A stretch of DNA of 64,000 nucleotides, taken from contig QPMI01000005.1 in NCBI GenBank assembly GCA_004431415.1, forward strand, positions 1,240,001 through 1,304,000, read 5' to 3'. The DNA comes from Cyanophora paradoxa CCMP329 (lineage: Eukaryota > Plantae > Glaucophyta). The notes below the pieces were generated by a model. That model did no database searches. It saw nothing but the letters and a program-made list of their open reading frames with translations, and had not been told where the DNA came from. The translations under genes and the position numbers were made by a program. Of the stretch, positions 21,632-32,391 are shown piece after piece. Numbering within the stretch: the stretch's first letter is position 1; each line of letters begins with the position of its first letter.

Positions 21632-24001
21632 CTACGTGGCGGCTTTGAGTCGCTTGGACGGGGGCTCGATGGGAGCTGCGCCGCCACCGACCATCTCGTA
21701 CGCGTGGTCGGTGCAAAAGTCCGTGCAGTTTTCGCGGAGGCAGGCCCGCTTCACGGATCCCTTTTCCAGGTTGAGCTTGAAGTAAATGGGCCCCGCGCCC
21801 TTGTGCGGGTCGATCTTGTGCGCTTTGGGATGGTTGGGGTTGGTGTGGAACATGGTGCACACGAACCAGCTCGAGTTCCACGCGCAAAGAAGGCTCCCGT
21901 CGTCGATCCTAGCTTTGAATTTCGGCCCGCGCCTGTCGTCGGAATCGCGCATCCCGTAGGCCTCTAGCACATCCTTCTCCTCGTCCGTCCCCATGACGTC
22001 GAAGAAGCGTCGTCGAAACAGTTTCGAGCACAGGTAGCGCCGGAGCAGATCCCTTCCGCGCTCCTCCTGCTCTCGAGTGCAGGGTCCGTACTCGACCTTT
22101 TCCGACTCCTGTTGGCCGGGCACTTTTACTCCACCTCCGACCTTGTCCGATCGTGCATACTTTTGAATCCGCTCGAGCGCCTCTGGCGGGAGCGGTGTCG
22201 GCGTCCAGCCCGGCAGGGGCCGCATGCAGGCGGCCTGGAGGAGCGGAAGGGAGAGGGTACGGAGCCGCCCCCCGTAGCGCGCCTCGTCGGGCTGCCCGTC
22301 GGGTCCCACCGCCGCGAGGAGGCCCATGACGCTGCTCGGGACGGTCTCCCACCACACGGACGGCTTGGCGCCGGCGATGTTGCTCCGTTTTTCGCGCTTT
22401 GCCGCGCCGAGCATGCGCAGGCTGTGTTTCGCGCTCTCGAGTGGCTGGAGGTCCAGCTTTCCGCCGGCCCACAGTCCGTCCTCGCTCCGGAGCGCCCTCG
22501 CAATGGCCGCGTTGTTCGCGCAGCTGGTCTTCAGGTCCGGAAACGCGATGTGCGTCGACTTTCGCGCCGGGTTGCCCAGCGCGAGGATGCTGCAAAATTC
22601 CGCCGAGATCCCCAGCTTGGTCCGCAGCACCGACTGGATAGCCCGCAACTGGTCGTGCGTCTCGACGAGCGCGCCGTCGATGTCGAGCTTGAGCCGAACC
22701 GCGGGGTCCTTGTCTTCCCGGATCTCGTGCGTGTACCAGGGCGTCCTGGTGTAAATGCAGAGCTGATGATTGCGGAGGATGTAGTCGTTGCACCGACGGC
22801 GAAAAGCGATCTGCTCCGGCTCGGGGAGGTCCTTGGGCGTCACCGAGAGGTAAAATTCCTGGGGCCGCTGGAAGAAGAATTCGCGGTGGGACGGCGGCTC
22901 CTTGCCCTCCTTGTCCAACTTTCGACCGTACCACTGGTCGTACTCGCAGTCCGCATCCCTGACGAACACGCATCCCTCGGTGACCGTGAGGCTGCCCCGC
23001 CGGTACACCTTTTCCTCGGCGTCGTTGGGCGCCTTGCACTCGTCCGCCGGCGCGGACGCGACGGCCGTGGGCTCGGATCCGTCGGCAGCCGGCGCCGTCT
23101 TCGGACCCGCCGGACCGAAATCGGCGTGGTCCATGGGCGGTCCCGTGAGCGTCTTGCATTGACCGCGTTGAAGCGTGGCTTCGAGGAGCCGGTCGCTCAG
23201 AACCCCGAACCAGAACAGCTTGATCTCGTTCCGGAGCGACGGATCCGGGTCCCGTTCGGGATTGCGCGAGAGCGCGGCCCGCGTCGGCCAGAAACCGCTG
23301 TCGGGGTGGACCTGCACGTCGGGCTTCACGCCCTTGCGGTTCACAAAGGTGCTGGTGTCGATGAGGTCGACGACCTTCCTCGGCTCTACACCGGGCGCTT
23401 CGACGACGGCGTCGATGACCTTGGACCCGAAGAGGTCGCGAAGCCAGGAGACGGCGTCCTGCATCCACTTTCCATCGCGCGGGACGATGGCAAAGCTTCG
23501 CGAGACGCTGCGCTCGTGGTCGAAGAGGTTGAACGCGACGCGAAATCCCTTTTTGCCGGTAAAGTAGCGCAGGACGGTCTGCGCTCCGAGCTGCCGCGCC
23601 CGACGGCACACGAGCTCCGACGCCGCGTCGGCCTGGGCGAGCTCGGGGATGGCGGCGCACGCGTCCCCGACCGTCGCGCCGTCGGGCGCGTCCTTGAGCC
23701 ACGCAATCAGCTTGGGATACGAGCCGTGCTCTTTGTCGAACGCGTCAAAGTCGATGACGGTCATGAGATGGAGGCGTTCGCCGGTGCCGTCGGAGCGCTC
23801 AAACTGGGGGAAAATGAGGCACGACATGGTGAGGGTCGAATTCAGCTGGGTTTCCGACGGAATGGGTCTCCAGCAATCCTTTGCCGCGTACCAGATGTCC
23901 GTCCCGCACTTTCCCGTCGCAACGGATCGCTGGTAAGCCTGGTGGGCGGTCCGCGGCTGCGATTTGGTGCGCATGCACCAAACGGGGGTGGGCAACGCCA
24001 T
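21632..24001 (-). CDS. Archaeo-eukaryotic primase (PrimPol/NCLDV-herpes clade) with C-terminal zinc finger and an extra N-terminal AEP-like domain
   Basis: C-terminal domain: LKLDID (motif I), KSTHIAF (motif II), KLDLQP...SLRMLGAAK (motif III) and a C-H-C-C finger (CTMF...H...IYFKLNLEKGSVKRACLRENC). N-terminal domain: VIDFD, YFTGKKGFRV and LIDTSTF. Confidence 0.8.
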   Translation of the reverse strand: MALPTPVWCMRTKSQPRTAHQAYQRSVATGKCGTDIWYAAKDCWRPIPSETQLNSTLTMSCLIFPQFERSDGTGERLHLMTVIDFDAFDKEHGSYPKLIAWLKDAPDGATVGDACAAIPELAQADAASELVCRRARQLGAQTVLRYFTGKKGFRVAFNLFDHERSVSRSFAIVPRDGKWMQDAVSWLRDLFGSKVIDAVVEAPGVEPRKVVDLIDTSTFVNRKGVKPDVQVHPDSGFWPTRAALSRNPERDPDPSLRNEIKLFWFGVLSDRLLEATLQRGQCKTLTGPPMDHADFGPAGPKTAPAADGSEPTAVASAPADECKAPNDAEEKVYRRGSLTVTEGCVFVRDADCEYDQWYGRKLDKEGKEPPSHREFFFQRPQEFYLSVTPKDLPEPEQIAFRRRCNDYILRNHQLCIYTRTPWYTHEIREDKDPAVRLKLDIDGALVETHDQLRAIQSVLRTKLGISAEFCSILALGNPARKSTHIAFPDLKTSCANNAAIARALRSEDGLWAGGKLDLQPLESAKHSLRMLGAAKREKRSNIAGAKPSVWWETVPSSVMGLLAAVGPDGQPDEARYGGRLRTLSLPLLQAACMRPLPGWTPTPLPPEALERIQKYARSDKVGGGVKVPGQQESEKVEYGPCTREQEERGRDLLRRYLCSKLFRRRFFDVMGTDEEKDVLEAYGMRDSDDRRGPKFKARIDDGSLLCAWNSSWFVCTMFHTNPNHPKAHKIDPHKGAGPIYFKLNLEKGSVKRACLRENCTDFCTDHAYEMVGGGAAPIEPPSKRLKAAT

Positions 24002-24037
24002 GACGAGGTGGGGCGGACCCCGCCCGTGCGGGGGGCC

Positions 24038-24090
24038 CTTTTATACGTTCCGGTGGTGGACCGGTCCCCCCTGCGGGTGACTCTATAAAT
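24038..24090. promoter_or_regulatory. Back-to-back TATA boxes (bidirectional promoter)
   Basis: TATAAAAG on the minus strand (24038-24045) before the primase ATG at 24001, and TATAAAT (24084) before the ATG at 24141. Confidence 0.7.
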
Positions 24091-24140
24091 GGGGCGGACC
24101 CCGGGGCCCTCCCCATCCCCCCCCCGCGCGCAATCCGACG

Positions 24141-24554
24141 ATGGGACGGTCCGAGTGGGGCATCCGCATCGCCACCAAGTCCGACGCCGAGCTCCTCGCC
24201 AGCCGCGTCCGGTGCCACAACAACCCGCCCGAGGAGGCCGACCCGAACGACTACGGAGAGCCCCTCCAGATCTACGCGGTTCTCCGGTTCCGAGGCGCGC
24301 TGTGGGCGTGCGCGGGCAACGGCGGCGGGCGCGAGAGCACCTCGAAGTTTCTGGCCTCCGTCCTGCCGGAGCGCATGAAGATCCTCCACCCGTTTCAGAA
24401 GCCCAAGGGATGGGACCGCTGCGAGAACTACGCCTGGATGATGCCGGACCCCGACGTTACGGTATCCTACGAAGACGCTCCCGAGTTTTCGATCGCTCAG
24501 TTTGAGCGGTGGGTTCGGGACGAGATGCCGGCCGGCCCCGGTCGTCGTGTCTAA
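24141..24554 (+). CDS. Hypothetical protein, 137 aa
   Basis: Globular-looking composition; TATAAAT at 24084, divergent from the primase promoter. Confidence 0.65.
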   Translation: MGRSEWGIRIATKSDAELLASRVRCHNNPPEEADPNDYGEPLQIYAVLRFRGALWACAGNGGGRESTSKFLASVLPERMKILHPFQKPKGWDRCENYAWMMPDPDVTVSYEDAPEFSIAQFERWVRDEMPAGPGRRV

Positions 24555-24654
24555 GTGAATGGAAGCCGCGTTGAAGAGTGCCAGAAGGATCGATTTGAGT
24601 GTGTGGTAAATAAAGTCTCGTCGGTCTTTGACGTCCTCGTGAAATGGCACGATC

Positions 24655-26502
24655 GGGGGCCGCGGGGCGCGGACCCAGGGGCAGCGGGGCGGCGGGCGCA
24701 GCGTAGCCCGGCGTGCCGTTCGAGGACGGACTCGGGGCAGAGCGCTGCGCCGTCGTCGCCGCCGCGACGCCCGTCTGCCTTCAGCGCACGGCCCGCGCCC
24801 CCCGTATTCGACCATCGTGAAACGACATGGGAAGTAAGAGAGTGCCGGCGGGCCGCGGACGGTGCGAGCGGGTGCCGCGGGGCGGGGACCAGGGGCGGCG
24901 GGGCGGCGGGCGCAGCGTAGCCCGGCGTGCCGTTCGAGGACGGATTTAGGGCAGAGCGCTGCACCGTCGACGCCGCCGCGACGCCCGTCTGCCGTCACCT
25001 CACGGTCCGCGCCCCGTATTCGACCATCGTGAAACGACATGGGAAGTAAGAGAGTGCCGGCGGGCCGCGGACGGTGCGAGCGGGTGCCGCGGGGCGCGGA
25101 CCAGGGGCGGCGGGGCGGCGGGCGCAGCGTAGCCCGGCGTGCCGTTCGAGGACGGATTTGGGGCTGAGCGCTGCGCCGTCGTCGCCGCCGCGACGCCCGT
25201 CTGCCTTCAGCGCACGGTCCGCGCCCCGTATTCGACCATCGTGAAACGGCATGGGAAGTAAGAGAGTGCCGGCGGGCCGCGGACGGTGCGAGCGGGTGCC
25301 GCGGGGCGCGGACCAGGGGCGGCGGGGCGGCCGGTGCAGCGTAGCCCGGCGTGCCGTTCGAGGACGGCCTTGGGGCAGAGCGCTGCACCGTCGACGCCGC
25401 CGCGACGCCCGTCTGCCGTCAGCGCACGGCCCGCGCCCCGTATTCGACCATCGTGAAACGACATGGGAAGTAAGAGAGTGCCGGCGGGCCGCGGACGGTG
25501 CGAGCGGGTGCCGCGGGGCGCGGACCAGGGGCGGCGGGGCGGCCGGCGCAGCGTAGCCTGGCGTGCCGTTCGAGGACGGATTTGGGGCTGAGCGCTGCGC
25601 CGTCGACGCCGCCGCGACGCCCGTCTGCCGTCACCTCACGGCCCGCGCCCCGTATTCGACCATCGTGAAACGGCATGGAAAGTAAGAGAGTGCCGGCGGG
25701 CCGCGGACGGTGCGAGCGGGTGCCGCGGGGCGCGGACCAGGGGCGGCGGGGCGGCCGGTGCAGCGTAGCCCGGCGTGCCGTTCGAGGACGGCCTTGGGGC
25801 AGAGCGCTGCACCGTCGACGCCGCCGCGACGCCCGTCTGCCTTCAGCTCACGGCCCGCGCCCCGTATTCGACCATCGTGAAACGACATGGGAAGTAAGAG
25901 AGTGCCGGCGGGCCGCGGACGGTGCGAGCGGGTGCCGCGGGGCGCGGACCAGGGGCGGCGGGGCGGCCGGCGCAGCGTAGCCTGGCGTGCCGTTCGAGGA
26001 CGGATTTGGGGCTGAGCGCTGCGCCGTCGACGCCGCCGCGACGCCCGTCTGCCGTCACCTCACGGCCCGCGCCCCGTATTCGACCATCGTTAAACGGCAT
26101 GGAAAGTAAGAGAGTGCCGGCGGGCCGCGGACGGTGCGAGCGGGTGCCGCGGGGCGCGGACCAGGGGCGGCGGGGCGGCGGGCGCAGCGTAGCCCGGCGT
26201 GCCGTTCGAGGACGGATTTGGGGCAGAGCGCTGCACCGTCGACGCCGCCGCGACGCCCGTCTGCCTTCAGCTCACGGCCCGCGCGCCCCGTATTCGACCA
26301 TCGTGAAACGGCATGGGAAGTAAGAGAGTGCTGGCGGGCCGCGGACGGTGCGAGCGGGTGCCGCGGGGCGCGGACCAGGGGCGGCGGGGCGGCCGGCGCA
26401 GCGTAGCCTGGCGTGCCGTTCGAGGACGGCCTTGGGGCAGAGCGCTGCACCGTCGACGCCGCCGCGACGCCCGTCTGCCGTCAGCGCCCGGCCCGCGCCC
26501 CC
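24655..26502. repeat. Tandem array B, 212 bp unit, about 8.7 copies
   Basis: CCCGTATTCGACCATCGT recurs at about 24801, 25013, 25225, 25437, 25649, 25862, 26073 and 26287. Confidence 0.97.
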
Positions 26503-26695
26503 CGACGGGTTCCTTCTCGGCCTTGTCGTGGGAGATGATTTCGAATAGGTAGTTATCGTGTCATTACGTGTAAACTGAAATTTAATATCAAATTAAACAG
26601 GGCGATTCATGATCGATATCATACGACGCATATCTACCTCGATTCGACTCGTTCCTACCGGACGGGTTTCCGTCGCGCCCCTCGTCGCCGCCCCC

Positions 26696-27301
26696 TCACT
26701 CGCCATCCTCGGGAGCGTCCTCTTGCGTCCACGGCTCCGTCGGCACAGAAGGACGGTACGTGCCGCTCTCGGCATCGAATTCCATCTCGTCGATCGACTC
26801 GACGGCAACGTCGCCGCCCAGCCCCGCCTCGCGCATCATCTCCTCGCACAGCGGCGTCGCGTGGACGAAGGCAAGGTTCCGGGCCGCCCCCACCGCCGTG
26901 GGGGCCGGGACGCTCGCCCCGATCCAGAGGCCCGTCACGCCGTCAAGCAGGTCGGCGTCGAGCCGCTCGGCGAGCTCCCAGTCGGCGACGCCGAGGTAGT
27001 AACGCATGCACCAGCCGGGGCCGCGCCCCGCGAGGACGCCGTCGGCCGAGAGGGTCACCTCTTCCGCGCCGTGCACGAGGGCGAGGCGCTCGCGGAGGCG
27101 TCCGGCGAGGGCCGTCGCGTCGGTCCCGCAGACGCCGCCAAACTTGGACGGGCCGGACGGGCGGCCGCGGGCGTCGGTAAAGATGTACTCGTCGTACGCG
27201 CCGGAGCCGTCCAGGTGGACGAGGGGGTAGAGGTCGAGGCCGGCGTTGACGTAGAGGAGACGGCGGGGCGTGGGGCGGGCGGAATGGACGGCGGCGCGCA
27301 T
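26696..27301 (-). CDS. Hypothetical protein, possibly a degenerate Rossmann-like fold
   Basis: LLYVNAGLDLYPLVH...EYIFTD pattern and protein-like composition; followed by an AT-rich 3' region. Confidence 0.55.
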   Translation of the reverse strand: MRAAVHSARPTPRRLLYVNAGLDLYPLVHLDGSGAYDEYIFTDARGRPSGPSKFGGVCGTDATALAGRLRERLALVHGAEEVTLSADGVLAGRGPGWCMRYYLGVADWELAERLDADLLDGVTGLWIGASVPAPTAVGAARNLAFVHATPLCEEMMREAGLGGDVAVESIDEMEFDAESGTYRPSVPTEPWTQEDAPEDGE

Positions 27302-27454
27302 GTTGAGAGGTGGGTGGGGTGATGTGCTTGTGTGGATCGGCCCTCGCGGTCGGGGGACACCTGCTTTTACGCGTTGATTCGGCGATTGGGACCCCGATTC
27401 GTTTAAAAGAGTACGTTTCGATTGCGAAAGCCAAATCCATTGCACCTAGGACGC

Positions 27455-27615
27455 TAGAAGAACGGTCTGACGCGCGGACGAGTGCTCAAAGGGGCGACGT
27501 GGACGTCTACATCAGGAGCCGCCCCCGCCGCCGTGGTAAACTTTTACCGGGACAGGCCGTTGCAACATGGTCGAGTGCGGGAGCTCGACAGAGGCGGACG
27601 GGTGCCGCCGCCCGT
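27455..27615. repeat. Single diverged copy of the 179 bp repeat at 29533-29890
   Basis: Shares gaacgg...gagtgctc...caggagccgccc...cgttgcaacatggtcgagtgcg...cgacagaggcggacg. Confidence 0.8.
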
Positions 27616-27766
27616 GCGTAGCAACATCCAGCACGGGAGCGCGTGCGTTCCCACTCTGACACAGGAAAAACGCATAAATTCGTGCGAAACCGTCTCCCGG
27701 ACAGGGTCCAAACCCGGTTTACCCCACCCTGACCCACTTTCAACCCCCTTTTCCCGCCCTTTTACC

Positions 27767-28561
27767 ATGTGCTGCATCGACGTCGCCGAGACCGTTGTCA
27801 CCCCCGAGGGGCCCGTGTGCCCCCACTGCGGCATCGTCGTCGAGACGCAGGGCCCCCTATGCTCCGCCGCCTCGGACGCGACCGCCGCCGCCGCCGCCGC
27901 CGCCGCCGGCGAGACCGCGCCCGACCTCGGCGCCGCCCTCGGCATGCTCCGGGCCCTCGACCGAGAATCACGCCCCAGCGGCGGGCTCGGCCGCACGACC
28001 GAGGCCACGCTGGAGCGCGTGGTCGACCAGCTCGAGCTGCCGGAGAGCGTCCGGCACCTCGCGCGGCGGGTCATCTTCCCGAAGAGGCTGCGCACGGGGC
28101 GGCGCTCCGACGTTCTCGCGGCGGCGGCCGTGTACCACGCCTCCAAGGCGCTCCGGCACCCCCGGATCCTCGCCGACGTGATGCAAACGTGCCCCGGGCT
28201 CGCGGGACGGCGCGCCCTGGTGCTGCGGGCCATTCGGGACATCCACTTTTTCCAGAAGGAAAACGGCGGCGACGGCGCCGAGTACGTCCCGCGCCCCGGC
28301 GACTACGTCGACATCATCTCGGACCGGCTGCAGCTGCCGCCGGGCGAGCGCGTGCGCGCGCGGCGGCGCGCGGCGCTGCTGCAGCAGCAGTCCTCGCGGT
28401 CCCCGCTGGTGCTCGCCGGCGTCGCGATCTGCGCGGCGACGCCCTCTTCGGTGAGGGACGTCGCGTCGGCCGCCGGGGTCACGCTGGTCGGACTGCGCAA
28501 GGGGCTCGACGCCCTCGGCGTCTGCGCGCTGGCCGAGTCGAGGGTAGGGGTAGAGTCCTAG
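27767..28561 (+). CDS. TFIIB-like transcription initiation factor (compact, intronless, virus-like)
   Basis: N-terminal zinc ribbon (VCPHCGIVVE) and two cyclin-fold repeats: QLELPESV...GRRSDVLAAAAVYHASKALRHPRILADV and PGDYVDIISDRLQLP...RSPLVLAGVAI...VRDVASAAGVT. Confidence 0.88.
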   Translation: MCCIDVAETVVTPEGPVCPHCGIVVETQGPLCSAASDATAAAAAAAAGETAPDLGAALGMLRALDRESRPSGGLGRTTEATLERVVDQLELPESVRHLARRVIFPKRLRTGRRSDVLAAAAVYHASKALRHPRILADVMQTCPGLAGRRALVLRAIRDIHFFQKENGGDGAEYVPRPGDYVDIISDRLQLPPGERVRARRRAALLQQQSSRSPLVLAGVAICAATPSSVRDVASAAGVTLVGLRKGLDALGVCALAESRVGVES

Positions 28562-28735
28562 GAGTTGTGCGAAAATTGTACTCGTACACAAAACGCAGGC
28601 GCCGACTCGCTCGAAACGGACCGGACCCGGCGGAACAGTGCACGGGGTAACGCATAAAGGGGAACGGATCCCACGTGCGGGGGGCATACCTCTCTCACTT
28701 TTTTCAACGCTCCCCACCGACTCTACGACACGTCG

Positions 28736-29374
28736 ATGATCCCCAAAGGCCCCAAGCGGCCCTCCAAGGCGGACAGGGCGAAACTCGAGCGCGCCGTCAT
28801 CCGCGACCGCTACCACGAGCTCAAGGCAAACGCTCTCCTGTTCCGCGCCGTCGGCGTCGCGGCGGCCGACGCCGCGACCACGGCGATCGACAAGATGGAC
28901 ACCGAGGCGAACCCGATCGACAGGTGGGGCGTACCCAAGCGTCGCAAGGCCCTCGGGCGCCTCGCCGAGGCGTATCGCTGGGCGGGGCACGTCGACTGCG
29001 GGGCGCAGGCCCGGAAGCGCAACAACGATGCCGCCGTACTCGCCGGACAGGCCCTCAGGCGTTCCGGCCTCTACAAGACGACCACGGACGAGTTTATACA
29101 AATGGTCGAAAAGTACGATTCCTGGAAGCACCTCGACGACCTCGGCGAAGAGGAATGGGCCCGCTACGTCAAGGTCCGCGCGAGCGCCCGGAACCCAAAC
29201 CCCAACGAGGGATACTACGACGCCCGCCACGCGTTTCTCCTCCTGCGGAGCATCAAACCGCGGTGCTACGAGGTGCAGCGCCGTCAGGACGAATTTCGCC
29301 GCATACACGTCGAGCTCGACGCCCTCCTCCGCCCCGAAAACCCCTCGCCCGCCTCCCCGCCCCGCGATGCGTAA
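28736..29374 (+). CDS. Hypothetical helical protein, 212 aa
   Basis: Protein-like composition; CATAAAG at 28653. Confidence 0.65.
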   Translation: MIPKGPKRPSKADRAKLERAVIRDRYHELKANALLFRAVGVAAADAATTAIDKMDTEANPIDRWGVPKRRKALGRLAEAYRWAGHVDCGAQARKRNNDAAVLAGQALRRSGLYKTTTDEFIQMVEKYDSWKHLDDLGEEEWARYVKVRASARNPNPNEGYYDARHAFLLLRSIKPRCYEVQRRQDEFRRIHVELDALLRPENPSPASPPRDA

Positions 29375-29532
29375 CACGTACGCTTGCGATATTGTACAGC
29401 GCAATGTGAAATGCGGGTCGGAAAGCTCGCTCGGACCCATGAGAGCGGCGCGAACCGTCCCTGCGTCGGCCCGCCGTCGGCCCGCGGTCGGGTCGCTTTG
29501 TTCATGGTCGAGTCATTGTTGTTGGCCGCCGC

Positions 29533-29890
29533 CCCCCGCGCGCCTAACGTGTTTGGGGAACGGGCCGACGGGCAAAAGAGTGCTCGGGGGCGATGCGGAC
29601 GGATGCAGCAGGAGCCGCCCACGCCGACGTTGCAAACGTTTACTCGGACAGTTCGTTGCAACATGGTCGAGTGCGCGCGGGGCCCGACAGAGGCGGACGC
29701 GTGCCGCCGCCCCCCGCGCGCCTAACGTGTTCGGGGAACGGGCCGACGGGCAAAAGAGTGCTCGGGGGCGATGCGGACGGATGCAGCAGGAGCCGCCCAC
29801 GCCGACTTTGCAAACGTGTACTCGGACAGTTCGTTGCAACATGGTCGAGTGCGCGCGGGCCCCGACAGAGGCGGACGAGTGCCGCCGCCC
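29533..29890. repeat. Direct repeat, 179 bp twice
   Basis: ccccgcgcgcctaacgtgtt at 29533 and 29712. Confidence 0.93.
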
Positions 29891-29912
29891 CTGCGCGCCC
29901 AGACGCGCGCCG

Positions 29913-31776
29913 CTACCCCACCGCGTACACTGCGACGCCGCCCCCGCAGGGCACGACCAAACCCCTCTCGTCGGGAGTGAACCGAACCTCGCCGGCCGGC
30001 GGACCCAGCGACGTAGCCCGCCACCCCGCCGGCGCGCGCAGCTCGAGCGGCGGCCTCGGCCTCGCCGCGCCGGGAAAGAGGACGGTCACGCCCCGCACGT
30101 GCCGGGGGCCCGGAGGCCGGCGCGTCGATGCCGGCCCCTGGGGCGGCGTGCGCACCAGCGCAACGATTTCGCCCGAGGGAGAGGGGACGGCCCGCACGTG
30201 GCGGGGGAGGGAGAGCGCCTCGAAGAGGTCCTCGCGCCCCAGCGCCCCGTCCGGCCGCTCCGGCGCGCACCACGCGCCGCTGCGCGGGTCCAGGACCCTC
30301 CAGAGGCCGCCCTCTCCCTCTCCTTCTCGCGCATCAAAGAGGACGTAGCGGTGCTCGACGGCCGAGTCGAGAAAGGGGATGGGCCGGGGCGCGACCAGCG
30401 AGCTGCGCCGGACCGTGGCCACCGAGGCGACGCGGTTGCCGTCCGGATCCCAGACAAACGTCTCGCGGCGGCACCGCACGATGACGCGCCCGCCTGGGAC
30501 CGGCGAGAGCGAGATGACGCCGCAGACGGAGCGCAGAATTTGCGCCGGCCCGTCGGGCGGGTGGTGAACGAGTCGCGCCGTCTGGGGCGTCCAGGACCAG
30601 GGGCCCACCCGCACGGCGGGCAGGGGCGGGCAGGGCACCGGCGAGGGCGGGCGGACCATCTCGTGTTCGCCCGAGCGCGGCGTTGCACTCCGGGGCCGCC
30701 ACGCAAACGCCTGCCCGCTCGTCTCCACGTGTGCGGCCGGCGGGAGGCCCTCGGCGCGGCCTATGGCCGTCACGATGCCGGCGATGGGGCCCAGCCGGTC
30801 CAAGACGGATCCGTCCCGCAGATCGATCGCCTCGATCGTGGCGCGGGCCCCACGCGTCGCCGCCACCAGCTCGGGGCCCAGGTAGCGCACGATGCGGACC
30901 TCGGAGCCCAAGGAGGGGATGTAGGGAGGGTAAAACGTCAGTGCGCCGCCGCGGAATCGCGCGAGGCGCCCGTCGCCGAGGCCAAAGACAACCTCGGGCC
31001 GCGAGGGCGCCACGCCGAGCGCGGTGGTGGAAAAGGGCGCCCGGCCGCTGTCCGCCACGATGCCGTCCAGAACGCGCCGGAGGGCAAACGCGCAGGTCGC
31101 GTAGTCGATGCAGACGGCGTGCGTTGCGTCGTCGTTGATCAGCAGCTCTCTACGGGGGGCACCCTCCCAGGAGGCGACGGGTCTGCCGCCGAGAACGTGG
31201 GGCGCGAGGTCGGGCGGCGCGTGGTACCCGAGCGCCGCCAGCGAGGGAAAGAGGCGGCGGGCGCGCTCGTCGGCCGGCACCTCGTCCAGGAGGCGCCGCG
31301 AGAGTTTGCAGGCCCGCCGGTGGGCGAGGTACGCAACCGGAGGCGACGCGAGCGCAAGGAGGACGAGTCCGCGCAGCGGCGGAACGTCAGGAGGCGTCGT
31401 TGCGCTTGCGTTTGGTGCCAGAGGGACGCGTCTCGGGGGCGGCGATGCGCCACGCGCGGGCGATGGCGTCGTCATCGCTGCATCCATCCGCGAGGATCGC
31501 GCTCCGGCGCTCGAGCTCGGGAGCGTCCAGGAACTCGGCGATCGCGACGAGGCGGGCGAGCTGCACGAGGGCCTCGGCGGGGTCCTTGGGGAGGGCCACG
31601 TTTCGCGCGCCGGAGAGGACCTCCTCGGCGAGCAACAGGTTCGAGGCGCAGACGGGGACAAGGGGCGGCGCGCCCGAGTCGGCGGGGCACTCCGAGGCCG
31701 TGCTCAGGACGGTCGACGCGGCGAGGAGGCGGGCGGGGCACTCTATGTTGGCGCCGTCGGCGGTGAGAATGCGCAT
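29913..31776 (-). CDS. SKP1/BTB-like N-terminal domain fused to a beta-propeller-like region (frameshift near 31430)
   Basis: MRILTADGANIECPARLLAASTVL...PLVPV...LARLVAIAEFLDAPEL follows the SKP1/POZ pattern. Downstream beta-blade-like repeats (VVFGLGDGRL, IEAIDLRDG, TFVWDPDG, PSPSGE, FTPDE) lie in ORF 29913..31661. Confidence 0.6.
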
Positions 31777-31973
31777 TCCTTTGCCGCCAGCGGAGGCACG
31801 GTCCCCTCGCCTATCCCGCGCGGCCTCCGCACGCGCGCACGTCGCTGTTGGCGGCGCTGGGCCGCGCGGGCTCGCATTTACCCGTTTAACCCCCCGCCCC
31901 GCCCCGCCCCGCCCCGCCCCCATCCACTCTCGGCGCGCAAAAACTAGAAATTGTGCACACGATCATTTGCTAC

Positions 31974-32192
31974 CTAGGAACGGGCGCGGCGCGGGCGGGG
32001 CGCGGGCACGGTCGCGAGGCCGGCGGCGTGGGCCTCGGCGACGGGATCGTACGCGTTGAGGATCTCGCAGATGCGCTCGTCGATCGTAGGATCCTCGGGG
32101 CACGGCGGGAGGTGCTTAAAGTGCTCGATTGTCCAGATGAAGCGGGCGGGCGCGGTCGCGTCGCGGTCGCGGGGTGCGGCGGTGGAGGACAT
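31974..32192 (-). CDS. Small hypothetical protein
   Basis: MSSTAAP...FIWTIEHFKHLPPCPEDPTIDERICEILNAYD; short, so support is weak. Confidence 0.4.
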   Translation of the reverse strand: MSSTAAPRDRDATAPARFIWTIEHFKHLPPCPEDPTIDERICEILNAYDPVAEAHAAGLATVPAPRPRRARS

Positions 32193-32391
32193 GTCTCGGT
32201 GCGGAAGAGTGGCGCACCCTCGGGTCCGCCGCGCCAGCAACCCGCTCGTGCGGCTCCGTTTCGTTCAACTTGGTCCGGCGAGCACCGTACCCCCGCGGGG
32301 GGGAGGGGAGGGGGAGGGGGCCGGCCCTTCACGACGCCGTGCCTATAAAAGACGTGTCCCTCCCCCCCCATCCCGACATCCCCCCGCGCCC

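Noticed and set aside
29028-31766. 912 aa plus-strand ORF and other long Arg/Pro/Ala-rich ORFs (e.g. 16543..18447, 22112..24088, 35630..37645)
   Set aside because: Shadow ORFs caused by high GC, lying antisense or out of frame to better-supported genes.
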